This document shows positions 24,194 through 37,830 of a stretch of DNA of 47,308 bases, piece after piece. The notes under the pieces were generated by a model that was not told the origin of the DNA, ran no database searches, and worked only from the letters and a program-made list of their open reading frames with translations. Position 1 is the stretch's first letter; each line of letters begins with the position of its first letter. The stretch covers positions 1-47,308 of the forward strand of contig JAHBMJ010000438.1 in assembly GCA_018398765.1 (NCBI GenBank), written 5' to 3'. The position numbers and the translations under genes are program-made. The DNA comes from Chromera velia (taxonomy: Eukaryota).

Positions 24194-27100
24194 TCAGCCA
24201 GTGAATCCCTTGAGACCCGAAGGCACGAACGAGTCAGACTCGAAAAGACCGAACAGCTTTCCCTCTGCCTCCTTGCCTTCCCCCTTGTCTTTCACGACCT
24301 TCGTCTTCTTGTTGGAACAGGCATCAGCTCCCGCTCCCTTGAGAAAGCAGGGAGCATCCGCAGTCAGGTCGCAGCTGCCACCGGCCTCGAGCTGCATGCA
24401 AGGATTGGAATTAATTCAACAAAAGGAGGGACAAACGAGTGAAACAGAAATACGTGAATCGAACAGAACGAAGGAAGCCACTCTCTCTGTCTTCTTTGAA
24501 TGGACCGTCAATATCTTCACACACATGTTTATGTGTGCGCGTGTGTGTATGCCTGTTTGCATACTCTCACTGCAGCTCAGGCACGGTGGTGTGAAGCCGA
24601 GGGAGTGGCAAATGGCAAATGGCACGACACAAATGAGTAGACGAAGCAAGTGTCTGATGCCAAGTAGGTGGCATGAAGAAAAATTTGCAAGCGGAAACCA
24701 AAGTGAACATTCCAAGAAGCGGGTAAGAAAGGAAACTCTTGAGGCAACCGACGAGTGACTGACGGAAGTGAATTGGAAAGCGTTCAACTCGCACAGAAGA
24801 ATCTCTAGGCCCTCAGGAGAGTTGTTCGTTGCAATGCTGGTTAGCCCGTTGAAGAACTGCTGTGCCCCTACATCGTACAACTTGAATACAGGGTTCTCTT
24901 GGAGATTCCACCCTTGATCGAATCCCTCCATTGAAGGAAAGGCAACGCTCTCCAGTTGATCGTTGAAACCGAAAATGCCGATGCCATTTTTGGCCAGCAG
25001 GGAAGGAAACGAAATTGTGCGAAGATTCGGACAAGCAAAGACAGAGATAACGCTGTCGACATAGTAAAGATCTGGAAATTCGATGTCGAATGTACCAGAT
25101 GGGGCACATGTCCGGGAAATATCGAAGAACCCAAACCTCTTCACGAGTGGAATATCGAGGGTCTGAAGGGCTCCAGGAGTCGGGGGATCGTCGGCGACAA
25201 TTCTCAGACCCACGAACTCACGCCCGCATGGAGCAGTGAACTCTTCCAATTCGCTAGAGGATCCGGAAAACAGAAAGATCTGGAAATTCGAAATTTTCCA
25301 GGCTGAGGGGAAGGAGATCTTCTTCACCACGAGAGAGAAGCCCTGCGAGAACGTCACGCCGTACAGAGCCTGCAGGAACAATCAAATCCAACACTCTCCA
25401 TTCCATTAGAGCTGGAATTGAGGGGACGCCGCTCGATCAAACTGACCTCTGTCTGTCGTACTCTGCTTTTTTTAAACCTCCAGGCACCAAAACAACGAAC
25501 AACTAGGAACGCCTTTTGTTTTTCGGCCTGGAACATTGAGACCAACCGCGGGAATGCGACACTTGACAGTCCCTGACACAAAGCCAAACATGTTCATTTC
25601 TCTTCTTTGTCACCGTCTGCTTTTTCCTTCTGGTCTATGCTCATTATTTCAAAACAGAGTCAGAAGAGAGAGAAACAAGAAGACGGTCACAAACAACACA
25701 GAAAAAAGACCCCACCTGCAGAAGCGGAAGTTCAAAAACCTCTGGCGCTCCAGATCCAAAGTCCACTGTTGCAAAGTCCCCGATGATCACTGCACACCCG
25801 TCGAGGGCTTCAACGTCAGAAGTCGAGTTCAGAGTTATGAATCCTGAGATCGTGCAGATCGCCGTTTCTTTGAACTTGCATTCGTTAGTGCACACCTCTT
25901 CATCACCATCACATTCCTCTCCGATCTCTACCTGCCCACACAAGGTGAACGTATGTTACACTGAGCATAATTACATGAAAACAATAAGACCTGAGAAACG
26001 TTTGAAAACATATGTATTCACTCTATCGCACAAGTACAGACCCTGGTAGAGACACTTCACTTGAGCAGCAAATTGATGTTGAGCAACCCTCTACGTGCAA
26101 CGACCGCACAAACACAAAAGCTACAACGCAGCAGCAACCACGATCTCTCGTTCTTCCCGCAAGAAACTTGCTGGCGGACTTGATTGATGACTGAAAATCA
26201 AACATTCATTAATTGTCTTACCGACTTACGATGTTGTTGCCACACACGGGGGCCTCTTTTTGCTTGGGTTGCTCTGAAGGATAGGGGTTCACCAAGCACC
26301 TCTCTGGCTCCTTGTCCTTCTTGGTTCTCTTCCCTACCGACCCCTGCTCTTTGTCTGTGCCCCAGATTCCTTCGAGCCTCTTTCCAAGACCTCCCGGGGC
26401 CCCGAACTTTTCAAGGGAAAGGCGGTCTGAGAAAAGGGAAAGGTCTTTGAAAGAAAGAGAAGGGCCTTCGGAGGAACCGAAAGCGAAAATCCCGCCCTCC
26501 TCCTTCACTTTCGAGTCTTTCCCCTCTGACTGTGTGAGCGCATCGCACTCGTCCGACCCCGCACCGACAACAACACAATTCGCACCATTGAGACACACAC
26601 CGTTGGTGATGCTGTGCACCTCAAAGGCAGGGAGGCTGCAGAGCTCGAGGACGGTTCTGTTAGAAACGGGCCCGAAGGGAGTGGCGATAGTCCATCTGTT
26701 AAAGATATCTCCAGAAAGGGTCAGGGCGGGTGCAGAGAACCTTTCAAGTGAAGGGGGACTCAGTGGCATACAGGGATGGGAGGTAAATTTCTTTCAGTAC
26801 ATCTGCACGGGTGATTATAAGGGAACCCCCAGCGGTGTCCAGAAGTTTTGGCAGGCTCAGTTTCTCCAACTTGGGGCAGTTGTCCAATCTCAGGTTGACT
26901 GGTATATACTCCAAACTGTCAAGGACCAGGGTTGTGAGCTCGTCAAGAGACTCTAGCTCAACGCCGCTGGTAGTGAAACGCAGCTTTGGCGCAGAGACCC
27001 TTTCCAAGTTGTTCATGTTGTTCAGTGTGAAGGAACCCGAGAATTGAAGAGACGGCAGGTCAATAAAGACAATCCGACTGCCACTGGCTCCACCAAATCT

Positions 27101-27547
27101 AAAGTCAGGTGTGTACAGAAGATTCTGGAGCGTCAGACTGCGCATCTGGTTCCCTGCACTGCCTGAAATGAAATCCTCGACGAATTGAAGATTTGGGAGG
27201 CTTACGTCGATTTGGGAACCCAGTGCAAACGAAACTGCGTTCGCAGTGCGGCAAATCTGCGCATCCTGGAGCGCCTGCGGAGAATCAATTATGACAGTCC
27301 CGCACTTGGCATCTGGGGAAAAGGTACAGTTTCCCTGACAGAAAGAGCCAGGTTGTCCGTTGTCCTGCCCAACATCGCATTCTTCAGTAAGAAGGTCAGG
27401 CACTCCATCTCCACACACGTTTTTCTTTGCCTTCTGCTTGCCCCCCTTCTGTTGCGAGTCGAACACGGAAGAGAGGTCAGTCAGCTTCTCTAGACCCTCA
27501 AACGCAGATGCGCATAGAAATCCGAAGAGAAAGATCAAAACGCGCAT
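24194..27547 (-). CDS. Secreted protein with two tandem modules of Cys-rich CGxx..EECD motif (DUF4215-like) plus LRR/receptor-L-domain-like repeats; frameshift near 26755, possibly a pseudogene
   Basis: Signal-peptide-like start MRVLIFLFGFLCASA at 27547. Exons 27547-26230 (frame switch near 26755), 25931-25716, 25369-24764, 24391-24194. Splicing joins PVCGNNI|VEIGEECDG, which parallels VCGDGV...EECD. Periodic LPNL/LPSL/LPKL/FPSL repeats are present, and both modules end in C..C...GAG.D.C. Confidence 0.75.
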
Positions 27548-28295
27548 CGTGTGTATATACCTGTTGATCGAATGTTGCAGGGTTGTTGCTCGCTCGAGTA
27601 CCTTCTCCTGGTGAGAAAAACGGTGCAACTCGCCCACCAGCTCTTGAACCTGATCACTCACACTCTACTTGTGCGAGACAAGGTGGCGCAAAGAAGTTTG
27701 GGGTGACAGCTAGTGCAGCCGTTGACTGTTAATTACGTATATATACTGCACCCCGAGGCGATGCGCGCTGAAAGTTATTTCGATCGCGCATGCAGATCAA
27801 AAGACTCGGGTATATACGCGCGTGTATTCGGTCCAATAACTCTCCAATGATGCATGCCGGGGCCCATGGTGGGAAATCGGAATTATCAGATAGGCCGGGC
27901 CCTGCATGCTCGGGGGCCTATTTTTGCATGGGTCTCGGCAAGCAGCGCGTCTCCCCGCATCATGCATGCACAAACTCTTATAATTCTCGATCTCTTAATT
28001 GGATCTCGTCACCGTGCATTATCCGTGCATTGCCCTGAAATGCCCTGAGTGCACTGGGGGCCAGCAATGCTACGTGCCGCAGCACTCGATCAGTAGATTG
28101 CCTGAAGAAGATTGTGAGACGTCTTTCAATCCTAACGATTCGGTACTTGACACAGCTTCGTGCCCTTCAGTTCAATTTTGGAGACAGCAAACAGTTTTCC
28201 GTCTGTGCCCGGATTCTTGAAGTCGCTGTCCAAAACTGAGCGGCGTGTTTTCTTTTCTCACTCAATCACATTTTCAACCGCTGTTATCCAGTGCC

Positions 28296-29796
28296 ATGAT
28301 GGGTACTGAGCAGCCTCTGGTTCCTCTCTCTGTGTACACAGAAGCGGGAGATGGAGACACCAATGTGCACACCTACAATGAAAACGTGCTGAAGTGGGGT
28401 TACACTTGCCTTCCGCTGACTGTGGCGATCTTCCGCAATCACATGCCAGAGAAATCCTTTCCTGAGCAGATGAAATGGCTCGATGTTGCTGCAGGTTCCG
28501 GCATGGTGAGTCGAAGTTCTGATTTGTTATTTTCCTTTCGGTTCTTTTGACAAGAGACGGCATTCTCTGGACGTCTCTCGTCAGACGCCTGTTCGCTCAC
28601 TGTGCGCTTCCATCTTCGGTTTCTTTTGGCAGACGGATCAGCTGCAGGAATCAGGGTTTCTATGTCATGAGTTTCGATTGCATTGACACCGATGACCTTT
28701 CTTCTGCCGTCTCGTCTGCGAAGGAGTGGCCGCATGCACATAGGACTGTTTCACGAAGTTTCGCTTACTGAATCCAGCAACCGCCACTAGCTCTCTTCTT
28801 TCGTCGTCCTTGAAGGTTCCAAGAGTGCATCTGATGTTCGTAATGCGTATTCAGCGCAGAATGTGTCACCGCCTATGTCTCCGCGGAAGGTTCATGGAGT
28901 GCCGATGCGGGAAAGAAGCCTCCAATTTCATATGTACAGTCTCATAAAAGGCTTGCAGCAAGTGAATGTACTGAGTGCGTGCCCCTGCATTTTCTGCAGG
29001 TTGCGGAGGAATTCGACAAGGCAGGGGTGAGGTTCAAAGCAGCGGTGGCACTCGACCAGTCTATCCCGATGCTGAAATTGGCGCAGACAACTGGCAAATA
29101 CGAGCTTCTCCTTGCCCACGACATCAGCCAGGAACTTCCTTTCCTGGACGACTCATTTGACCTGGTGACGATGATTGGAGCTTCCACTTACGTTGACTGC
29201 CGGTGGGGCTTCCTCCGGGAGTTCACCCGAGTTATCAAAACTCAGGGTCTCATCATTCTGACGGTTGGTTTCTTCGCACAAGTCAATCATGTAGATGGAA
29301 TGGAGAGGTGAGAAGGTTTGAACATTCATGCAGATGATCTTCTGCCGTCATGGCTACATTCATTTAAAATTCGGCAAGCCACGACAAACGGGTGATGGCT
29401 GCATGAGGGGGAGCCAGACTGTTTGTCCAATTTGAGCTTCCTTCCATGCTGCTTCTTTTCCTTGCTCCCTTCCTCTTGCGTACATCTTTTTTTCTACTGT
29501 TGTCTTCCTCTCGCTTCAACTAGTGGACAGAAAAGTATACGTTTTCTCATGCAAGCACTTCGATTTCTCCTTCTCTTTCTCAGGTAAGAGACGACGAGCT
29601 TCACACAAAGATGTGGGCAGAGTACGTCACTCAAATGCTGGAGGAAAAACTCGTTGAGGAGCTCGAAGGGCCATTCAGACACAAGCCCGAGCCCATACCG
29701 TATCTGCCCAACCATCCCACATACGCTGACAAGGTGAAAGTTCATATGATCGTTCTCAGGGTGACCAAGGTCGGCAGGGAGGAGGCCGCGAAATAG
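28296..29796 (+). CDS. Class I SAM-dependent methyltransferase, METTL27/WBSCR27-like
   Basis: Exons 28296-28505, 29000-29263, 29584-29796, all phase 0. Motifs: WLDVAAGSGMV (motif I), ALDQSIPML, LPFLDDSFDLV, REFTRVIKTQGLIILT. The N-terminal Y..NV.KWGY is typical of the WBSCR27-like group. Confidence 0.85.
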
Positions 29797-32770
29797 CAAT
29801 GGCCCCTTCCGGTCCTTTGGTTGAATCTCTGTGTGTAAACTATTCTTTTTGATTGTATGTCTTGTGCTGTCGAAAGGTTCATACCTTGCCTGTACATGAG
29901 TTTCTCCTGTCCTATCCGAAAAGGTGGACGCGATGTTTGCTGTGTGCGTTTGGTCAGTCTGACCTGAGGGAAAAGGGGAGATCTGCATTGCGGGAATTGA
30001 CGATTTCCATGCTACTTTTCTGACCGAATGATTGGCGCGCCGGTTCGAGGGCGGTATCTGCGTGTGTAGGAGCGGGGTCTCAGCAACAGAAAATTGATTG
30101 ATTGTACGAGAGACGAAAAGAAACAAAATAGAAAGGGCGGAGCTGGGAGGGGAAGCGGAACGTGGCGTGACTTGTTGGGACATAGGGGGGGGAGGAGACG
30201 GCATTGGAAGTTCCTTTCCTTTCCTCTCCTTTCTTCTTTGTCGCCTGTCAAGTTAGTTGACTCGATCGCAAAAACGAAGTAAATGGATTCGTTGGGGTGT
30301 GCTCGTGTCGACTCGTGCGGTTTGTTGGGCCGTCAGCCTGACTATGCTGCTGCTTTTAGAGTTTCTCGCACAGCGACGGAAGGGAAGTGAACTCGGCAAG
30401 CTTCGTCAAGTCTCTTTGATGCATGCGCTTGTTTTTGGCTGTGTGTTTTCGTATGTACAATAAATGCTTTTGTAAGTGTTTATGAAAGAATGTAATAGGA
30501 AACAAGGCTCAGACCCGAGGTGAATTTTGCTAGAAGAAGAGAGCATCTGTCTCTCCTGCTGTCTCTGGGTCTGTTCATCTGTCTGGCTGGCAAATTGCCT
30601 CCTTGCCTACCTATCTGTCTGTCTGTCTGTCTGTCTCGTTTTTTGAGTTTCTGTCCAATTTTCTGTCCGGCTGTCTTGCTGCCTACCTGCCAACCTGTAC
30701 ATCTCTTCTTTTTGTTCTTCCATCTGACTGCCTGCGTTTCTGTCTGACTTTTTGTCCGTGTGTCTGTCTGGTTGCCCCTCTGCCTGCATTTCGTTTCATT
30801 TATTAATAAAAAAAGAGGGGCATCCGGAAGAAATGGAGCGAGACGATGTTCAATTCGATCGGTCAGGCCCGAAAGCGTTTCATAGGAGAAACAAACCAAG
30901 CAGAAGGACAAAGCACGGAATAATCAGAAGGAGCAAAACTTTTGGTGGGGGTGGGGAAAGGGCAGGGTCAGGGAATGCGCATTCGTGCAGAAAGAGCTGA
31001 ACTCTCTTTCCATCGTCATGCACTGGTGAGATGAATCCACATCTCTGTATCTCTCTGTCAAATGAAACCAGTGGAATAAAGCAGCAAACGGAGACAGGGA
31101 CGGAGAGGAGACGAACGACGTCCCAGAGTCCCTCCGATTTTACGCGACGAAAAGAGAAAAGGGGAGGCCGGTCTCACTTTGATTTTTCTTTTGCGCAGAG
31201 GGGAAAGCGGAAATTGAGCCGTCTCGAGGGTGTGTACCAGTCATTACGGTGTTTGGCAGGCGTGGCGGAAAGATAGAAAGAAAGCTGTCTAAGTGCACGC
31301 ACGATTCATGGTCATGCATGCAATGAATTCACGTGCAGAAAAGCTGCTGTGGAGAGAGAACGCGGGTAGACAAGGGCCATTCCTGCAAGACCGGACAACT
31401 CCTTCTGTCTTTCTCTGGTTTCCTTCCTTCTCTTTTTTCTTCTGTTCTTCCTCAATTTGGTGATGATGAACCTTTGTCTTTCCGGGGAACCGGTGAAATG
31501 ATGAAGCGTTTTTTGTTGCAGAGAAGAACCGTTTTTTATTGCAAAGAAACAGCAAGAATAGGCGTCATTCATGTGTCCTTGCACACGTCGGATTCAACAA
31601 CAGGCTTTCAGCCTCAAATGACGTTGGGAGAGGTGAGGGCGGGGAGACTCGATCTGCAAAAGGGAGAGAGGAACCGAGAAAATTTAAGCACGCGATTCAC
31701 TAGGCGATTCGTCAAATGCACTACGAAGGCAAAGGATGTAAGAAAAAGAAAACCAAATTCAAAATGCAGAAAGACTGGGCTCTGCCATTAGAAAGTCAGC
31801 CCGGCAGCGATTGTGAGCGGAGGAAGGGAGGGGAGAGGACCAGAAAGCTCTCTTTTTTCTCTTATCCTTCTCCGTGATCAATTTCTGTTTCGATCTTTCG
31901 ATCCAGCAGGAGATCGATCTGTTTTTTCCCCTCACGTTATGGCCCTCTGGACTTCTCACAGCGTCTTCATTGCTTCGTCTTTACATACATGTGATCCTGG
32001 CACGTGAACAGAAGTGACTGCTGCCAACGTGAATGGCTTTTGCTTTGGGAAACTTCATGACGGAGTTCGGAGAAGGACACGAATCTTTTCTGGAAGACTC
32101 GTTTGCGCTTGCTCACTTTCTTTGGAAGTCACTTAGACAATATCTTTTACAATATCTTCTTATTTTTCCGATTTTGCTTTCTTACAGAAGAAGAGAAAAG
32201 AATTACTGGAGGAATTACATGCGCGGTTTGCTTTCAATCAAAGGTTTTTGTTGAGGCGTTTTTGCTTTTTGTTTTGCTCTTGGCAGTCTGACAACCAAGT
32301 TTATTTAGTTCGCAATCTGACAATTCTGACTTTGTATGTAAATGTCACACTTCAATATGTGTTAGTCACTGTCAGTCTAATACTAAGTCTATGTTAGTCA
32401 GTGTCTAAGCTACTGTCTAAGTCGCTGCCAGCTAGTGCGCTGAGTGTAGAGGGTGACAAAATACAAATCTGATTGATTCAATCTATATCACAATATCAAT
32501 GTAGGGATTCAAGTTGCAAAAAATAGTAGAAATTAAGGTGCATATATTTAAGTTAGAACTTTTGAATTCGATTTAAGCCCAATCTAGAGCTCAATTTGAT
32601 TCTGATTATCGAATCTGATATAATGTGCATATGATATTTCTTCTAATTTCTAAATATTTCTAAAGAATGTTCAAATTCAATGTTTAATCTAGTGCTCTAT
32701 AGAAATGTTATAAAAGTCATTTTAAAAGTGATGGTAATTAAACCTAGTAATTAAACGGGATCGAGGGAAA

Positions 32771-32820
32771 CTTTTTTCATTTTTGAATGGGAAAACGTTC
32801 ACGATCACAAAAAGGATGAA
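32771..32820 (-). repeat. Dispersed 50-bp repeat, copy 2 (inverse of 6549-6598)
   Basis: 47 of 50 bases match the reverse complement of 6549-6598. Confidence 0.85.
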
Positions 32821-32924
32821 CTTAATCCCTTTTATCAGTAGTTTGCATCATGGTATCATATATAGTTTTAGTGATCAGATTTGATTTGATAGGATTTGAT
32901 TTGATTTGATTTGATCAGGATCAT

Positions 32925-33824
<900 letters not shown>

Positions 33825-34794
33825 GATTTGATTTAACTTGAGCTTCAAGCTCAAATCTGACCAGATTTGAGGTAGATTTGAGGTTGAAGTCTAGAGGTCA
33901 CTCTCGACAGCACTAAAGACGACATGACACAGTCGATACCACTAGCAAATCCTAGAAAGCCCTAGAGATAAGAAAATCACTAAAAACTAAATTAAAGGCT
34001 AAATTAAGACTCTCAAAATTATAATAAGCTATTGTTAAAGCTAAGAGCTTATATAAGTTAAGAGCTTACAATTGCATTACTCCCTGTTTCTGCAGGCCAC
34101 ACTTTCTTCGCATAGCCGGCAGTGTATACTAATGCGGCCTTCTTATTGTTATAACCTGTGGGATTGTTTGATATCGTTGGTCGGTTTAATAAGGAGGGAC
34201 CCAAGAAGGGCCTAAGGCAAAGAAAAAAGCGTAAAAACTGCCACAGGACAATAAAGAACCACTTTAAACCCTCAATCAAAACTTGAATGTCTGAAAAATA
34301 GATTGGATGACCTCTTTTTCACTGAACAAACATTTGAAAAAGCTTTTGAGCGTTTATATTCATGTAAAACCGATGAAAAAAACTTTTTATAATCTTTTTT
34401 TTTTTTTTGACGCACAAAAAAGTGTGAAGACTCATTTGAGAGACTGCATGGATGATGGATTGACCTCGAAGATTTGAGGTTAAAAGGTCAGATTTGAAGT
34501 AAATTTGATAGAATTTGATAGGCCCTATCATACTAAAGTTTCTCAGGCCTAAGATTTGATTTGAGGTTAAGCCGTTCAAAAAGCGGTTCAAAAAGCGAGC
34601 GAGCGAGCCGTTTTCCTCAAGCGAGCCGTTCTCGTTGTAGCGAGCATGAACACAGATTCATTTCTGATAAGTTCGTTGCTTGACTCATGAAAGAAAATCA
34701 TACAATATTAACAGAGAACGACTGATATGAAAGTGCAATGAGTCGTGTCACTTCAACTCAGACGCAAGAGCCACACAGTGCTCTTCAGACGGCG

Positions 34795-35400
34795 CTAAAC
34801 ATCAGAAAGCAAGCACTCAAGCAATCCTAGTCTCTGCTTCTGGTATCCGTGACTAATCTTCCAGTGTAAATCACGGAAATTATCAGCTCTCTGCAACACA
34901 TTCAGAGAACACTTTCTTCCGTCTCTAGTGTTTCCGTCTCCAGGGATGAAGAAATAAACTTGCAAGAGTGTAGCTCCAGAATGAACCCTCAAGAGACGGG
35001 CAAGCCCAGTAGTATTTCCTTTCATAAGTCAACCAGAAGAGGCAAGCGCTGGTCGAGATTGCAGTAGCTCCAAACGTTAAGCCTTCAGGGAGAGGGAGAT
35101 GACAAAAACGAAAACGGTTACATTCTTTTGGGTGCCTTTCCCTCTTCATATCCTTCAGGCAACCTATTAGCCATAGCTCGCCCATGGTACCCATGTCGTC
35201 CAAGGCCCTTCCACCAGGCTCCTAACAAGGCCAGAGGCTTTGGAAGCAACCGTTATGCCACAGTAGATGCCCAGTTGCGAGTGCATGCCTTCCACTAGAC
35301 TGTCCCACCAAGTAAACCACCTTCATGTCTCTCCTCCCCCCAACTGCAATGTCACCTCCTTTCCTGTGTACAGCGAGGTCTTGCGTAACACACCCAGTTC
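34795..35400 (-). pseudogene. Decayed coding-like remnant interrupted by the hAT MITE (unidentified)
   Basis: Coding-like composition with broken frames (ELGVLRKTSLYTGKEVTLQLGG*...MKGNTTGLARLLRVHSG...). No family recognised. Confidence 0.3.
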
Positions 35401-36250
35401 CAGTGCATTGAACAAATAAATTGTAAATAAATTGCTTTGACCAGTTTGATGCAAACAATTATTGCAATAGTTGCAATTAATTGCCAATAATTGCCTATAA
35501 AACAAAAATTTAATTTTTCTAAGTGATCTAGGGTGTTTAAAGGACTATTAATAACATTTTTATGTTTTTTTATGCATATTTAATGTGATGTACAGTATTT
35601 TAATACTTATATAAATGAATTTAAAATCTTTGAAAGGAGTTATACTAACTTATACAACTCATTACTAAGCTATTACTTCATATTAATACCTGTAATATAT
35701 TTAACAATAACTATTTTTATTTTTTAACATAGAAAATATAAACTTAGAATTCAATATGAATGATAAACAATATGAACACACTTTCATGTACGGTTCATAA
35801 CATGAAAATTCTGTAACTGTACGTACAAGCAGTAAAAACTTACTGCTGGTATGTATAGTGCTTCAATTTTATGAGTATGCTGCATGTAAACAAGGCCATA
35901 TCCACGAAAACATCCATGCAATCGATCATACAATAGCAAAAACGAGAAGACACGAAGGCTAGAACATTTTTATGCATCACTCAGTATCATTCATGAATTA
36001 AGAAAACGTATCAAGGCATGCAATTTTGTGAGTATGCACCGCGCGCATGCTTGATCGCTTTGGCGCCCTATAACGCGCGTTTGGCCTTGTTTTTCACTAG
36101 TTTTGAGCCCAATAAAACACCTCAGACTCTCAATTTTGAAATTGTATACAATTATTGCAATGAATTGCAATAAACTAAGAGCTTGCAATGAATTATTGCT
36201 CCCAATTATTTGTAATTATTGCAATTACAATTATTGTTTTCAATGCACTG
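35401..36250. mobile_element. Non-autonomous hAT-type element (MITE), 850 bp, 8-bp TSD CCCAGTTC
   Basis: TIRs CAGTGCATTGAACAAATAAATTGTAA (35401) and TTACAATTATTGTTTTCAATGCACTG (ends 36250). Identical CCCAGTTC at 35393-35400 and 36251-36258. ATTGCAAT subterminal repeats and an AT-rich non-coding interior. Confidence 0.92.
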
Positions 36251-36404
36251 CCCAGTTCAGGTTAACCTGTAAGTGCAGAACAAGAGAGTCATCCTGCTAT
36301 GACAGTTCTAACTGCAGAGAGCCATCCGGTCCCCATATCTCCAGATAAAGACTCCATCTTTCTGCTTGTGAACGAGACTGTCCCCATCTCTACACCCGCA
36401 GACC

Positions 36405-37045
36405 ATGACTCGATCGTTCTACACGCATGCAGCCGTCCCAAGCCTCACGTCTTCTAGCGCGTCTTCTTTAATAGTGGAACCGACCTTTGCATCTCGCAAC
36501 ACTTCTGCAACGCCGGCTACCCTGCAATACTGGCAATGCGAAGACAGCAGTGCGGGAAAGAGGTGCAGCCAGTGCAAAGTTGCAACTTATTGCAGCATTG
36601 TATGTCAAAAGGTTCTCTGGAAGACTCACAGAGTGAAATGCGATAGAGAGTGGGTGGGACAAGCTATGAGGGGCATAAGGAAGGAGATGGATAATACAGA
36701 AGCGCTAGACTTCTTGAAGAGAGTCGAGATAGCAACTGAAGCAAGAAAGCAGGAGCTTGTTAACGAGCAAGTGGTGAACTTTATGGTTGGTTGTCTCTGT
36801 ATCGACGGGCCCATCAAGACAATTGGCCAAGACAGTGATCAAATGGATGTGCAAAGGGATGTTCGACTTGCTCATTTGATCAAAGGGGCACTAGACGCAC
36901 TCGCAGCGCTCCCCAACTAGATGGTGGAGAATGCATTGGATAAAGACCCCAAAAAAAGTCTCCGAAATGATTTGTTTCATCTGTTTTGCCACATTGCTGA
37001 ACAAAACCTCATGCCGGAAAGGGTGAACGCGCCTTTACTGGAGGT
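36405..37045 (+). pseudogene. MYND zinc-finger protein, probably pseudogenised
   Basis: YWQCEDSSAGKRCSQCKVATYCSIVCQKVLWKTHRVKC is a MYND pattern with Tyr in place of the first Cys. An in-frame TAG at 36918-36920 is followed by the in-frame continuation MVENALDKDP...LLE up to a possible GTATG donor. Confidence 0.7.
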
Positions 37046-37199
37046 ATGCAGTGTGAAGGAAGGGTGTGGTTCCGTGTGGTTGAGGCGGTTCAAAGTTTTT
37101 GTGTCATAGTTACTCTGCTTGCTTCTCAGGCGGTTTGTTCATCAATTGATGGTGAATTTCTTTCTCTTCTCATTTAGTCTCAATCTTTCTTTCTTTTCT

Positions 37200-37830
37200 C
37201 TTTTTTCAGACTCAGAGTGTGAAACCTGTCTTTCTTGTCACTCTCTAATATATCACTTCACCTCTCTTAGTCAGACAGAACGATAAGAAACAACCTATAA
37301 GAAGAGAGAGTGTTTTCTATTCCCCTCTGTGTATCTCGGGAAAGAACGTTCTTAGTGACTCTGAAAAGTGTAAAAGAAAAGAGAAGTGAACTCTTGATTT
37401 CCCTTTCCTTTTTCTTCTCTGTTTGAAAGTTTCTTTTCTGTAACTCCCTCTGTCACCTCACCTTTTTTGAGTCAGACAGGATAACAAGAAGCAACCTATA
37501 AGAAGAGAGAGGGTTTTCTATTCCCCTCAGAGTCTGTGCGTCTCGAGAAAAGAACTTGAACGTTCTTGATTACTCAGAAAAGTGTGAAAAAAAACAGAAG
37601 AGTACTTCTCTTTTTTTCTTACTGAGTCTCAATTCTTCATTCTTTTTGTTTCTCGCTGAGTCTGGTTGAAGTTTCCTTTCTTGTCACTCACCCTGTTACT
37701 TCATCTTTCTGAGTCAGACAGAACGATAAAAAACAACCCATAAGAAGAGAGAGGGCTTTACCGTTCCCCTTTGCGTGTCTTGGGAAAAGAAACGTTCTTG
37801 GTTACTCTGAAAAATGTGAAATAAACGTAT
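37200..37830. repeat. Diverged tandem repeat, 3 copies of a ~200-240 bp unit
   Basis: AGTCAGACAG..ATAAGAAGAGAGAG..TTCCCCT..AACGTTCTT..ACTC.GAAAA.TGT anchors at 37269, 37470 and 37712. Confidence 0.9.

Noticed and set aside
27749..27765. CCCCGAGGCGATGC resembling the outer end of the 13.5-14.5 kb palindrome
   Set aside because: Only ~14 bp, with no extension.
29800..32300. Possible gene in the intron-like GC-moderate tract
   Set aside because: Only short low-complexity ORFs; no phase-consistent exons found.
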